This document shows positions 1 through 11,205 of a stretch of 64,000 nt of DNA, piece after piece (position 1 is the first letter of the stretch; every line of letters starts with the position of its first letter). Source of the stretch: Squalus acanthias (lineage: Eukaryota); assembly GCA_030390025.1 (NCBI GenBank), contig JASTWF010000048.1, forward strand, positions 2,046,001 through 2,110,000. Reading direction: 5' to 3'. The position numbers and the translations under genes are program-made. The notes under the pieces are model-generated. The model saw only the letters and a list, made by a program, of their open reading frames with translations, was not told where the DNA came from and searched no databases.

Positions 1-423
1 GTACAGAAGATTGAGCAGTGATCCTACTGAGGTGTTGAAAATGTTAAAAATATTGGAGACTGTAGATAGAGAGAAGGTATTCCCTCTGGTGAGGGGCAGT
101 CCAGAACTAGGGGACATCAAATGAGCTTTAAAGCGAGTCCGATCAAGGGTCATATCTGGAGGCCCCACTTGACACAAAAGAAAATGAAAATCTGCAGTTC
201 TCTCGCCCATAGTGCTGTTGAGGGAGAGCTCAACTGGAGATTTAAAAACTTAGAATTCGGTTATCTAAGGGTATGAAGGGTTAAGGAACCAATGTGGGTA
301 AGTGGAGTTAAGATTCAGATCAGCCATGATATGATTGAACGGCGGTTCAGCTCATGGGCCTGAATGGCCTCCTCCTGCAACGAATAAACCATGTTCCAGG
401 CACTGGTTGGTTTCATGGTCCTG

Positions 424-441
424 GAGCGCCCTCTGCTGCCC
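424..441 (-). promoter_or_regulatory. Putative CTCF-binding element
   Basis: GGGCAGCAGAGGGCGCTC. Confidence 0.6.
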
Positions 442-1076
442 CTGTGGAGATTTAAAACACCGCGCCAGTGGACAAAAGCAACACGCCATCAGTGGAGAAA
501 AACCCAACAATCGTTTAATTTACTTTCTTTCATTCATTCATTATTTCTATCTTTATTTCGTTTTTGCATTTGTTAATATTCCATTTTTGGGGGTCTGAAC
601 CAGTTTCCCCTGCCCCTGAATGCGCTTGCACTCGGCTAACTGAATGTGCACAAAAAATTTAGCAGAGGATGGGTTGATATTGCACACTGTCAGCATTACT
701 TTCCATTCATTTCTCCATCATATGCTTATCTCCCTTAACTGCTTCTCTGCTTTTCACTTCAACTATTCCTTGTGGTAGCGAGATCCGCATCCTCACCACT
801 CTCTGGGAAAAAAGATTCTCCTGAATCCCCTAATGGATTTATTAGTGACTATCTCATATATAAGGCCACTAGCTTTGATCATCCACATAAATGAAACTAT
901 CTTCTCTACGTCTATCCTATAGAATCCCTTCCATCATTATAAAGACCTCAATCAGGTCATCCCTCGGTCTTCTCTTCTCTAGTGGTCATGATGCGGAGGT
1001 GCCGGTGTTGGACTGGGGTGGACAACAATGAGAAGTCGCAGAACACCAGGTTATAGTCCAACAGTTTTATTTAAAA

Positions 1077-1114
1077 TTACGAGCTTTCGGAGCTGTTGCC
1101 CCTTCGTCAGGTAA
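1077..1114 (-). ncRNA. Minimal type I hammerhead ribozyme (PLE-associated)
   Basis: Reverse complement reads ttac-CTGACGA-a-ggggc-aaca-gctcc-GAAA-gctc-gtaa: conserved core boxes, stem II, palindromic AGCT stem III, stem I ttac/gtaa. Confidence 0.7.
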
Positions 1115-2490
1115 AGGTACAGTGAGGGAATCTATTACACAATATATATACACAGAGAGCAATTTGTTTGCAGAGATAGAATCTTTTAGGGAGGCATTAC
1201 ATCAAAGACACATCAGAGTGCAGCTAAGACAATGAGGTGGGTCACAGGGGATCCAACGTGTCAAATGCTGCCGTCTGCAGTTGAGCTTTTAACTTTTTTT
1301 TTGTATTTTTCGGGGGGGGGGGGGGTTGGTGTTTTTTTTAATAAAAACTGGGAAGACAGACAACGATGTCGAGTCACGTTCTGTAGCGTGACATGAACCC
1401 GAGATCCCTATTGAGGCCGTCCTCAAGGGTGCGGAACTTGGCTATCAGTTTCTGCTCGATGATTTTGCGTTTTCGTGTGTCTCGAAGGCCGCCTTGGAGA
1501 ACACTAATTTGCAGATCCGAGGCTGAATGTCCTTAACTGCTGAAGTGTTTCCCGACTGGGAGGTAACAATCCTGCCTGGCGATTGTTGCGCGGTGTCCGT
1601 TCATATGTTGTCACAGTGTCTGCATGGTCTCGCCGATGTACCATGCTCCGGGGCATCATTTCCTGCAACGTATGAGGTAGACAACGTTGGCCGAGTCACA
1701 TGAGTATGTACCATGTACCTGGTGGGTAGTGTCCTCACTTGTGATGATGGTATCTGTGTTGATGATCTGGCATGTCTTGCAGAGCTTGCCGTGGCAGTGT
1801 TGTGTGGTGTCGTGGTCGCTGTTCTCCGACAGCTGGGTAATTTGCTGCGTACGATGGTACTTTCGAGGTTAGGCGGCTGCTTGAAGGCGAGTAGTGGAGG
1901 CGTGCGGATGGCCTTAGCAAGGTGTTCGTCGTCATCGATGACATGTTGAAGGCTGCGAAGAACATGGCGTAGTTTCTCCGCTCCGGGGAAGTACTGGACG
2001 ACGTAGGGTACTCTGTTGGTTGTGTCCCGTGTACGCCTTCCGAGGATGTCTATGCGGTTTTTCGCTGTGGCCCGTCGGAACTGTCAATCGATGAGTCGAG
2101 CGTCATATCCCGTTCTTACGAGGGCGTCTTTCAGTGTCCGTAGGTGTCCATCGCGTTCCTCCTCGTCTGAGCAGATCCTGTGTATTTGCAGGGCTTGTCC
2201 ATAGGGGATGGCTTCTTTAACGTGGTTCGGGTCCTCTGCAGCGAAGAAGTCTTGCTCGAACTTGTGCATGAAGATGTTGGCGTATTGGGGTGCGAATTTG
2301 GTCCCCATGGCTGTTCCGTGTGTTTTTGTAAAAAAACTGGTGCTCGAAGGTGAAGACATTGTGTTCAAGGATGAAGCGGGTGAGTTGTAGGATGGCGTCT
2401 GGAGATTTGCTATTGTTGGTGTTGAGAACTGAGGCTTTCGCAGCGATGCCTGTGTATATACAATGTGTAATAGATTCCCTCACTGTACCT

Positions 2491-2528
2491 TTACCTGACG
2501 AAGGGGCAACAGCTCCGAAAGCTCGTAG
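2491..2528 (+). ncRNA. Minimal type I hammerhead ribozyme (PLE-associated)
   Basis: ttac-CTGACGA-a-ggggc-aaca-gctcc-GAAA-gctc-gtag; inverted copy of 1077-1114. Confidence 0.7.
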
Positions 2529-2686
2529 TTTTAAATAAAACTGTTGGACTATAACCTGGAGTTGTGCGACTTCTCATTTTTCTCTTCTCTGGAGCATCGA
2601 GCCCCAGCCTGTTCAGCCTTTCCTGACAGTTATAACTTCTCAGTTCTGGTGTCATCCTTGTAAATATTTATTTTCACCTCCTCCAG

Positions 2687-2981
2687 TGCCCTGCACATCA
2701 CACTTCAGTTCCAATCCATCCCCGGTTAATCTGGAGAAAGCGGCGGGAGTCTGGCGGATAGTTTTCGAGTTCACGTCTGGGAAATAGACAGTGAGAGAGG
2801 AGGAGGTGAGTAAATTGGGATATTCGGGGAAATGCAGCAGGAAACAAAAGGAAGTATGGAAACAGAGACAGAAAGTGTTAAAGAAAGAAGGAAAGATGGA
2901 AAGAAATAGTTAAATAATAATTGTTGCTTTTAAAATTCCCTTACGGTGAAACAAGATCATCACACCCAGTAACAGATACAT
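2687..2981 (-). pseudogene. TRBV: TCR beta V family A remnant (A1): leader + FR1 only, 3' V and RSS deleted
   Basis: Leader exon 2945-2981 MYLLLGVMILFH with GT donor; AG acceptor; V exon from 2776 VNSKTIRQTPAAFSRLTGDGLELKCDVQG then fuses to a CR1 remnant. Confidence 0.85.
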
Positions 2982-3924
2982 ATTTTATTTTAAGCTGTCC
3001 TCGCAATAATTCATGGAACCAGAGCAGGAGCGTTGTGTGTTGTGAGAAGCAAATCCGCTCTTCAGAAATCATTGAACAAAACATAAAGAGCATAAGCAAG
3101 TGTTGCAGGTTTGGACAACCCCGCCCCGCCCCTCTCTGCTTGACATCCCCGACTCTCCCTCTCTGATTGACAGCCCCACCCCTCCCTCTCTGAGAGGCAG
3201 TGAGTAGAGCAGATGGGAGCTGGAATTTGCAAAGGGGCAGAGAAAGATTACGTGAATGAGAAAAGCAGTGACACTGACAGATGGAGTTTAATGTGGGCAA
3301 GCGTGAGATCATCCCCTGTGCACCTAAGTATGATAAAGCGGAATATTGTCCAAGTGGCGATCAGCTAAAAACAGTGCAAGCTGGGATCAGTGGAAGTTTA
3401 ATGGAATACTGGCTTTTATCTCAAAGGGGGCAGGAAGTTATCTTTCAGTTGTATAACGCTCTAGTCACACTCTGTCAGGAGTACTTCGTGCACTTCTGCA
3501 CTTCTGGGCAATGCATATCAGGTAGGATATATTAGTCTTGAAGTGCATGTCCGCATATTCACCAGAATGATACCGGGGCGAAAATGCTTATATTATGAGG
3601 ACAGGTTGTATAAACTTGGCTTTATTCCCTTCAGTGTAGAAGTTTAAGAGGAGATCTTAGTGAGGTGTTTGAGACTGTTCAAATAATTAAAGAGGGTAGA
3701 TTGAGAGAAACTATTCCCTCAGGTGAGGGAAGTCCAGAACAAGGGGACATGACCTCAAAATTAAGCTAAGACATTCAGCGAATATGTCTGGAAGCACTTT
3801 TTCACACAAAGGGTGCTGGAAATCTGGAATTCTCTCTCAATTGACTATTGAGGCAAAGGAGATTTCAATACGTAGATAGACAGATTAATATTAAGTAAGG
3901 GTATCAAGCGTTACGGAACCAACA

Positions 3925-4935
3925 GTAGCAATAAAAGGGTCATCTTCGGGTTGGCAGGTTGTAACTAGTGGGGTACCACATGGATCAGTACTTGGGCCTC
4001 CTCTATTTACAATCCAAATCAATGACTTAGATGAGCGGGCCTAGTGTAATATATCCAAGTTTGCTGACGATACAAGACTCGGTGTTAAAGTAACTTGTGA
4101 GGAGGACGCAAAGAGGCTGCAAATGGATACAGTCAGGGAGAGTAAGTGGGCAAGATCGTGGAAGATGGAATATAATGTGGAGTTAAACACTTTGGTAGGA
4201 AAAATAGAAAGGCAGAGTATTTTTCAAATGGTGAGAGATTGGGAAATGTTGTTGTTCAGAGGGACCTGGGTGTCCTTGTACACGAATCACAGTAAGTTAT
4301 CCTGCAGGTACAGAAAGCAATTAGGAAAGCAAATGGTACATTGACCATTATTACAAGAGGATTTGAGTGTAATCGTAAAGACGTCTTACTGCAATTATAT
4401 AGGGACTTGGTGAGGCCACACCTAAATTCCTGTTTACAGTTTTCGTCTCCTTACCTAACGAAGAATGCACTTACATTAGAGGGAGTGCAACGAAGACTCA
4501 CTGGACTGATTCCTGGGCTGTGGTCATTGTCATATGAGGAGAGATTGAGTAGACCAAGCCTATATTTCCTAGAATTTAGAAGAATGAGAGGTGACTTCAT
4601 TGAAACACGTAAATACTTAGCAGGTTTGGCAGGATGTTTCCCCTGGTTCGGGGAGTCTAGAACCAGGAGTTGCAGTATCACAATAAGGGGTCGGCCATTT
4701 CGGACTGAGAAATTTGAAAGGGCTGTGATTCTTTGGAATTCACCAACCCAGAGGGCTGTGGATGCTCAGTCCTTGAATATAATCAAAACAGAGATCGGTA
4801 GATTTCTGGATATTTTGGAAATCAAGAGAAATGGGGATAGGGCGCCATATGGAGTTGAGGTAGAAGATCAGCCACGGTCTTATTGAACGGTGGCGCAGAC
4901 TCGAAGGGCTGAATGGCCTACGCTTGTTACTATTC
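3925..4935 (+). mobile_element. CR1-type LINE 3' fragment (degenerate RT and 3' UTR)
   Basis: GVPHGSVLGP and KFADDT motifs; ORF 4341-4886 LLQLYRDLVRPHL...LEGVQRRLT...LEFRRMRGD typical of CR1 ORF2 C-terminus. Confidence 0.85.
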
Positions 4936-4937
4936 CA

Positions 4938-5375
4938 GGTACGGTACCGTAGTGCTACTGTTACTAGACTAGTAATGTAGAATGGCTGGACTAATGATCT
5001 GGAGACATGAGTTTAAATCCCATGTGGAAATTTAAATTCAATTAAAATAAATCTAAAATTAAAAGCTAGCATGGTGGCTAAGAAACTAATAGATTGTAGT
5101 AAAAACCCATCTGGTTCACTAAGGTCCCTTAGGGAAGGAAATCTGCCGTCCTTACCTGGTCTGGCTGGCCGATACATCAATCCAAACCCACAGCAATGTG
5201 GTTGACTCTTTAACAGCCCTCTGAAATGTACTAAACCGCTACAATGAAGTATACTTGCTGTGGGAGTACCATCAGCACACGGACTGCAGCGGATCAAGAA
5301 GGGGGTCACCGCCACCTTCTCAAGGGCAGTTAGGGATGCGCAATAAATGCTGGCCTTGCCATGAACGAAAAACAA
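4938..5375 (+). mobile_element. tRNA-headed SINE sharing its body and 3' tail with the LINE at 40421-43600
   Basis: tRNA-like head with B-box-like gagtttaaatccc. Body matches reverse complement of 43430-43600. Tail (ggactgcagcgg..aagaag..caataaatgctggcc) matches the LINE 3' end at 6630-6710. Confidence 0.65.
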
Positions 5376-5529
5376 ATTCTCATGTTATTAAGTTCAACGT
5401 GAGTAAATTGAGTTAAGATACAGATCAGCCAAGATCTGGTTCAACGGCGGAGGGGCTCCAGGTGGCTGAATCTCCGTCTTCTGTTCCTGTTCAACAATGT
5501 TACAGGCACTGGTGGGTTTCATGGTCTAA

Positions 5530-5547
5530 TAGCGCCCTCTATTGTCG
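5530..5547 (-). promoter_or_regulatory. Putative CTCF-binding element
   Basis: CGACAATAGAGGGCGCTA. Confidence 0.55.
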
Positions 5548-6044
5548 CTTTGGAGAAATGAAGCACATTGCACGTGTACGAAGACCACAAGAATCTTTGT
5601 ACTTTCTTTCTTTTTTCTTTCCTTCATTCTGTCACTTATTCTTTCATACTGTCTTTTTATCTCCATTCTTTCTTATTTGCGTTTGATAATTTTATTTGTT
5701 TTCGTCAGAACAAGTTTGACCCTTGCACTCTGCGAACTGAATATTCTCAACACTTCAGCTTAGGATGGTTTGATGTTGTAACCGATCAGCATCACCTTCA
5801 AATCATTTCTCTCTCATGCACTTATTTAGCTTCCCCTTAACTGCATCTAAGATATTCGACTCAAACACTCCTTGTGGTACCCAATCTCTGGTTAAAGAAA
5901 TTTTTTCCTGAATTCCCGACTGGATTTATTAGTGACAAGCTTATATTTATGGACCCTGGTTTTGGTCTCACACACAAGTGGAAGAGGAAAATTAGGGGCC
6001 ATAAATATAACTACATATACAATCTGAAACATCTTCATAATTTT

Positions 6045-6750
6045 ACCATCGCCGAATCCCCCACCAACAATATCCTGGGGGTCACCATTGACAAGAAACT
6101 TAAATGCACCTGCCATATAAATACTGCAGCAACAAGAGCAGGTCAGAGGCTGGGTATTCTGCAGCGAGTGTCTCACATCCTGACTCCTCAAAGCCTTTCC
6201 ACCATCTACAAGGCACAAATGAGGAGTGTGATGTAATACTCTCCACTTGCCTGGATGAGTGCAGCTCCAACAAAACTCAAGAAGCTCGACACCATTCAGG
6301 GCAAAGCAGCCCGTTTGACTGGCACCCCATCCACCACCTTAAACATTTACTTCGTCCACCACCGGCGCACCGTGGCTGCAGTGTGTACCATCTACAAGAT
6401 GCACTGCAGCAACTCGCCAAGGCTTCTTCGGCAGCACCACCCAAACCCGCGACCTCTTCCACCTAGAAGTACAAGGGCAATAGGCGCATGGGAACACCGA
6501 CACCTCCAAGTTCCGCTCCAAGTCACACACCATCCTGACTTTGAAATATATTGCCGTTCGTACATCGTCGCTGGGTCAAAATCCTGGAAATCCCTCCCGA
6601 ACAGCACTGTGGGAGCACTTTCACCACACGGACTGCTGCGGTTCAAGAAGGCGGCACACCAGCACCTTCTAAACGGCAAGTAGGAATGGGCAATAAATGC
6701 TGGCCGTGCCAGCGACGCCCACATCCCATAAACGAATAAATAAATAAACG
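6045..6750 (+). mobile_element. 5'-truncated non-LTR retrotransposon (same family as 40421-43600)
   Basis: ORFs ILGVTIDKKL..HINTAATRAGQRLGIL..IYKAQMRSVM and MSAAPTKLKKLDTIQGKAARL; (aata)n tail; ~21-bp imperfect TSD ctgaaa...cttcataatttt at 6024-6044 and 6753-6773; empty paralogous site near 10355. Confidence 0.85.
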
Positions 6751-7049
6751 CTCTGAAATCGCTTCATAATTTTAAAGGCCTTTATCAGGTCAGTTCCTGA
6801 ACTTCGCTTTTCTAGAGAAAGTAGTCTCAGCGTTTTCAGCATTTCGTGATAGTTATATCCTCTCAGTTCTGGTATCTTTCTTGTTAATCTTTATTTGCAA
6901 ATTCTCCAGTGCCTCTATATCTAATCTCTCACTTTAACTCTAAACCGTCTCCACTTCTTGTCAAAAGCACGTTCGCTTTGCAAAATAAGCCCAACAGCAC
7001 ACAGCACCGCGTTATTTCATCATCCACAGGTGTTTCCTGCCGTCTTTGG

Positions 7050-7088
7050 GGTTTTTGTTCAGCTCTTCCATCTCTCTGAGTCACTGTG
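7050..7088 (-). other. 23-RSS of A2
   Basis: CACAGTG-23 bp-ACAAAAACC. Confidence 0.97.
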
Positions 7089-7687
7089 AAGACTCCAGGC
7101 GCAGTAATATACGGCCGAGTGATTCGCCTGCAGGCTGAAGGACCTCAGGTTAAACTCGATGGCATTCGGTCGCTCGGCGGCAAAACCGTCCACCGTCCCC
7201 TCTGGATCCACCGAATTGGTAACAAAGGAGTAAAATATCAACTGCGGCTCCTTCCCCGGGTATTGTCTGTACCAGGACATGCGATCGCTACTGTCCCCCT
7301 CCGCATCGCACTTCAGTTCCACTCCATTCCCGGGAAATCTGGAGACAGCGGCGGGAGTCTGGCGGATAGTTTTCGAGTTCACGTCTGGGAAAGAGACAGG
7401 GAGAGAGGAGGAGGTCAGTAAAGTGGTACAGTCGGGGAAATGCAGCAGGAAAGAAAGGAAGGTATGGACACAGAGCAAGATGGAGATAAAGGAAGAATGA
7501 AAGAAAGAAAGAGAGAAAGAAAGAAAGAAGCAATGAAAGAAAGAAAGATAGAGAGAAAAAAAGAAGGAAAGAAAGAAAGCAAGAAAGCAAAAAGAAAGAA
7601 AGAGTAAAGGAAGGTTAGTAACAATAATTGTTGCTTTTAATCGCCCTTACGGTGAAACAAGATCATCAGACACAATAACAGATACAT
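7089..7687 (-). CDS. TRBV: TCR beta V segment family A (A2), apparently functional; exons 7651-7687 and 7089-7384
   Basis: Leader MYLLLCLMILFH, GT-AG intron, V exon ...ELKCDAEGDSSDRMSWYRQ...NHSAVYYCAWSL with both conserved Cys and the Trp; canonical RSS. Confidence 0.92.
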
Positions 7688-7823
7688 CTTTTCTTTTAAG
7701 CTCTCCTCTCAATAAGTTCAGGATCGAGAACAGGAGCGTTGTGTGCTGTGATGAACCAATCCCCGCTTCTGAAATCATTGAGAAAAACATGAAGAGCATA
7801 AGCAAGTGATGCAGGTTTGAACA

Positions 7824-8005
7824 ACCCCGCCCCTTCCTCTCTGATTGACAGCCCCACCCCTCCCTCTCTGATTGGGAGCCACGCCCCTCCTCTTTAATTG
7901 GCAGCCCCGCCCCTCTCACTCTTATTGACAAACTCGCCCCTCCCTCTCTGATTGGGAGCCACGCCCCTCCCTCTTTGATTGACAGCCCCGCCCCTCCATC
8001 TCTGA
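7824..8005. repeat. ~25-bp GC-box/CCAAT-like tandem repeat upstream of A2 leader
   Basis: About 7 units of cagccccgcccctccctctctgattg(a/g); related arrays lie upstream of most A and C family V genes. Confidence 0.8.
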
Positions 8006-8729
8006 GAGGCAGTGTGTCGAGGAGATGGGAGCTGGAAGTTACAAAGTGCCATTGACAAATTACGAGAATGAGCAAATTAGTGGCACTGGTAGATGGAGTT
8101 TAATCTGAGCAAGCGTGAGATCATCCCCTGTGCACCTAAGAATGATAGATCGGAATATTTTCCATGTGCGGATCAGCTAGGAACAGTGGAAGCCGAATGC
8201 AATACTGGCTTTTATCACAAAGGGGGCAGGAAGGTATATTTCAGTTGTATAACGCTCCGGTCAGATTCTGTCTGGAGAACTGCGTGCAGTTCTGGACTTC
8301 TGGCCAATGCATATCAGGAAGGAAATATTAGCCTTGAAGTGGGTGTCGGCATATTCACCAGAATGATGAGAGCAAAAAAGCTTAAATTATGAGAACAGGT
8401 TGTATAAACTTGGCTTTATTCCCTTAAGTATAGACGATTAAGAGATGATCTTAGTGAGGTGTTTGAGCATGTTAAAAAAATTCGAGAGGGTAGCTTGAGA
8501 GAAACTATTCCATCAGGTGAGGGAAGTCCAGAACAAGGGGCATACCCTCAAAATTAGAGCTAGGCCGTTCAGCTTACATGTCTGGAAGCAGTTATCACAC
8601 AAAGGGAAGTGGAAACCAGGAATTTCTCTCCCAGTTGACTGCTGAGGCTAGGGATTAACAGGCGATTTCAATAATTAGATAGACAGATTATTGTTTAGTA
8701 AGGTTATCAAGTATTACGGAACCAACAGT

Positions 8730-9715
8730 AGGAATAAGCGGGTCATCTTCGGGTTGGCAGGCGATAACTAGTGGGCAACCACAAGGATCAGTGATTGGGC
8801 CTCCTCTATTTACATTCTAAATCAATGACTTAAGTGAGGGGGCCCAGTGCAATGTATCCAAGTTTGCTGACGATACAAGGCTAGGTGGCAAAGTAACGTG
8901 TGAGGAGGACGCAAAGAGGCTGCAAAGGGATACAGAGAGGCATAATAAGTGGGCAAGATCATGGAAGATGGAACATAATGTGGAGTTAACCACTTTGGTC
9001 GCAAAGAAAGAAAACAGAGTATTTTTTTATATGGTGACAGATTGAGAAATGTGGATATTCATAGGGACCTGGCTGTCCTTGTACGCGAATCACAGAACGT
9101 TAACATGCAGGTACAGCAAGCAATTAGGAAAGCAAATGGTACGTTTGCCTTTATTAGAAGAGGATTTGATTATAAGAGTAAAGAAGTCCTACTGCAATTA
9201 TATAGGCCCTTGGTGAGACCACACCTGGATTGCTGTTTACATTTTTCCTCTCCTTACCGAAGGAAGGATATACTTGCATTAGAGCGAGACCAACGAAGGC
9301 TCACTAGACTGATTCCTGGGATGAGGGGTTATCGTATGAGGAGAGATTGAGTAGACTCGGCCTATATTTTCTAGAATTTAGAAGAATGAGGGCTGATCTC
9401 ATTGAAACCTGGCTGGGTACTCTATAACTAGGGGTCACAGTCTCAGGATGTGGTCTTCAATTTAGGACTCAGATGAGGAGATATTTGATAGGGTTGTGAA
9501 TCTTTGGAATTCACCCTCCTAGAGGGTTGTGGATGATCAGTCGTTGAGTATAATCGAGAAAGATCGATAGATGTGTTGATACTAAGAGAATCAAGGGATA
9601 TGGAGATAGGGCGGGATATGGAGTTGAGGTAGAAGATCAGCCATGATATTATTGAATGGAGGAGCAGGCTCGAAGGACTGAATGGCCGAAACATTTTACT
9701 ATTTCTTCTGCTCAT
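8730..9715 (+). mobile_element. CR1-type LINE 3' fragment (paralog of 3925-4935)
   Basis: ORF 9042-9350 MQVQQAIRKANG..LLQLYRPLVRPHL; same position in the duplicated unit. Confidence 0.85.
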
Positions 9716-9850
9716 ATGTTCAACGTGGATAAATTAAGATACAGATCAGCCATGATCTGGTTGAACAGCGGAGTGTCTCGATGTGGCTGAATGTCCGCCT
9801 TCTGTCCCTATTAAACCATGTTACAGGCGCTGGTGGGTTTCTTGGTCAAA

Positions 9851-9868
9851 GAGCGCCCTCTATTGTCC
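9851..9868 (-). promoter_or_regulatory. Putative CTCF-binding element
   Basis: GGACAATAGAGGGCGCTC. Confidence 0.55.
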
Positions 9869-10653
9869 ACGTGGAGAAATAAAGCACATTGAGAGTGTGT
9901 GAGAACCCAAGAATCTTTGTACTTTCTTTCTTTCTTTCTTGCTTGTTTTCTTTATATATTGCCTTCTTTCTGTCATTCATTCCTTCATTCTGTCTTGACT
10001 TTTCTCTTTCTATCTTATTTGCTTTTGACATTTTTATTTGTTTTGGTCAGAACCAGTTTTACCCACGAAAACCTTGTCCTCTGCTAACTGAATGTGCTCA
10101 TCAACATCACCTTCTCTTCCTTTCTCTCTCACGCGATTATCTAGCTTCCCCTTAACTGCATCAATGGTATTCGCCTCAGCCACTCTCTGTGGTCGGGAGT
10201 TCCGTATTTTCTCCACTGTCTGTGTCAAGAAATTTCTCCTGAATTCCCTTTTGGATTTATTAGTGACTAACATATATTTATGGCCCTTAGTTTCCGTCTT
10301 CCCCACAAGTGGTAGGCCAAAAATCAGGGCCTTAAATATAACTACATGTACACTGTGAAACCCCTTCATAATTTTCTAAACCTCTATCAGGTAATTTCTT
10401 TGTTTTCCCAATTTCTAGAGAAAGGAGCCCCAGCCGGTACAGCCTTTCCTGACATATATATCCTCTCAATTCTGGTGTCAATCCTTGTTAATCTTTCTTT
10501 GCACCATCTCCAGTGCGTCTACAGCTAATCTCTCACTTTAAATCTAACGCCTCTCATCTTCCTGTCAGAAGCACGTTCGCTCTGTAAAATAAACCCAACA
10601 GGGCGCAGCACCGCGCGGCTTTATCATCAACAGGTGTTTCCTGCCGCCTTCGG

Positions 10654-10692
10654 GGTTTTTGTTGAGCTCCTCCATCTCTCTGATTCACTGCG
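10654..10692 (-). other. Defective 23-RSS of A3
   Basis: CGCAGTG-23-ACAAAAACC; essential CAC broken. Confidence 0.9.
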
Positions 10693-11205
10693 AAGACGCC
10701 AGGTGCAGTAATACACGGCCAAGTGATTCGCTCGCAGGCTGGAGGAATTCAGGTTGAACTCGTTGACATTCGGTCGCTCGCCGGTAAAATTGTACACCGT
10801 CCCGTCTGGATTCACGTGATTGGAAACCGTGGAGTAAAACATCAACTGCCGCTCCTTCCACGGGTATTGTCTGTACCAGTAAATAGTAAGGGTACTGATG
10901 CCCCTCACATCGCACTTCAGTTCCACTCCATCCCCGGGAAATCTGGAGACAGCGGCGGGTGTCTGGCTTTGTCTGCGAGCTCACGTCTTGGAAAGAGACA
11001 GGGAGAGAGGAGGAGGTCAATAAACAGGGCCATTCGGGGAAATGCAGCAGGAAAGAAAGGAAGTATGGAAAGGAAGAAATCAAGAAAGAATGAAAGAAAG
11101 AAAAAAGATAGATAGAAAACTTAAAGAAATTAAATTAATAAGAATTTATTTTTGAAATATTTCCTTACAGTGAAACAAGATCATTAGCCCCAGTAACAGA
11201 TACAT
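10693..11205 (-). pseudogene. TRBV: TCR beta V family A pseudogene (A3)
   Basis: Leader 11169-11205 intact. V exon 10693-10986 has a 2-nt deletion in FR1 (SQTKPDT frame vs ELKCDV..YWYRQ..YYCTWR frame). Heptamer is CGCAGTG. Confidence 0.9.

Larger units (their letters stand above)
981..2579 (-). mobile_element. Penelope-like retroelement (RT + GIY-YIG), truncated and internally deleted, with inverted pseudo-LTRs
   Basis: Minus-strand fragments MGTKFAPQYANIFM (RT), PYGQALQIHRICS (thumb) and YIGETMQTL*QHMNGHR (GIY-YIG, ~1590-1640). Inverted repeats at ~1029-1155 and ~2450-2577. Flanking direct repeat ttctcttctct at 970-980 and 2580-2590 (TSD). Confidence 0.85.

Noticed and set aside
7086-7421. 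Antisense ORFs overlapping V exons (also 10723, 21867, 36473, 38085)
   Set aside because: Shadow frames of GC-rich V exons with inconsistent lengths between paralogs.
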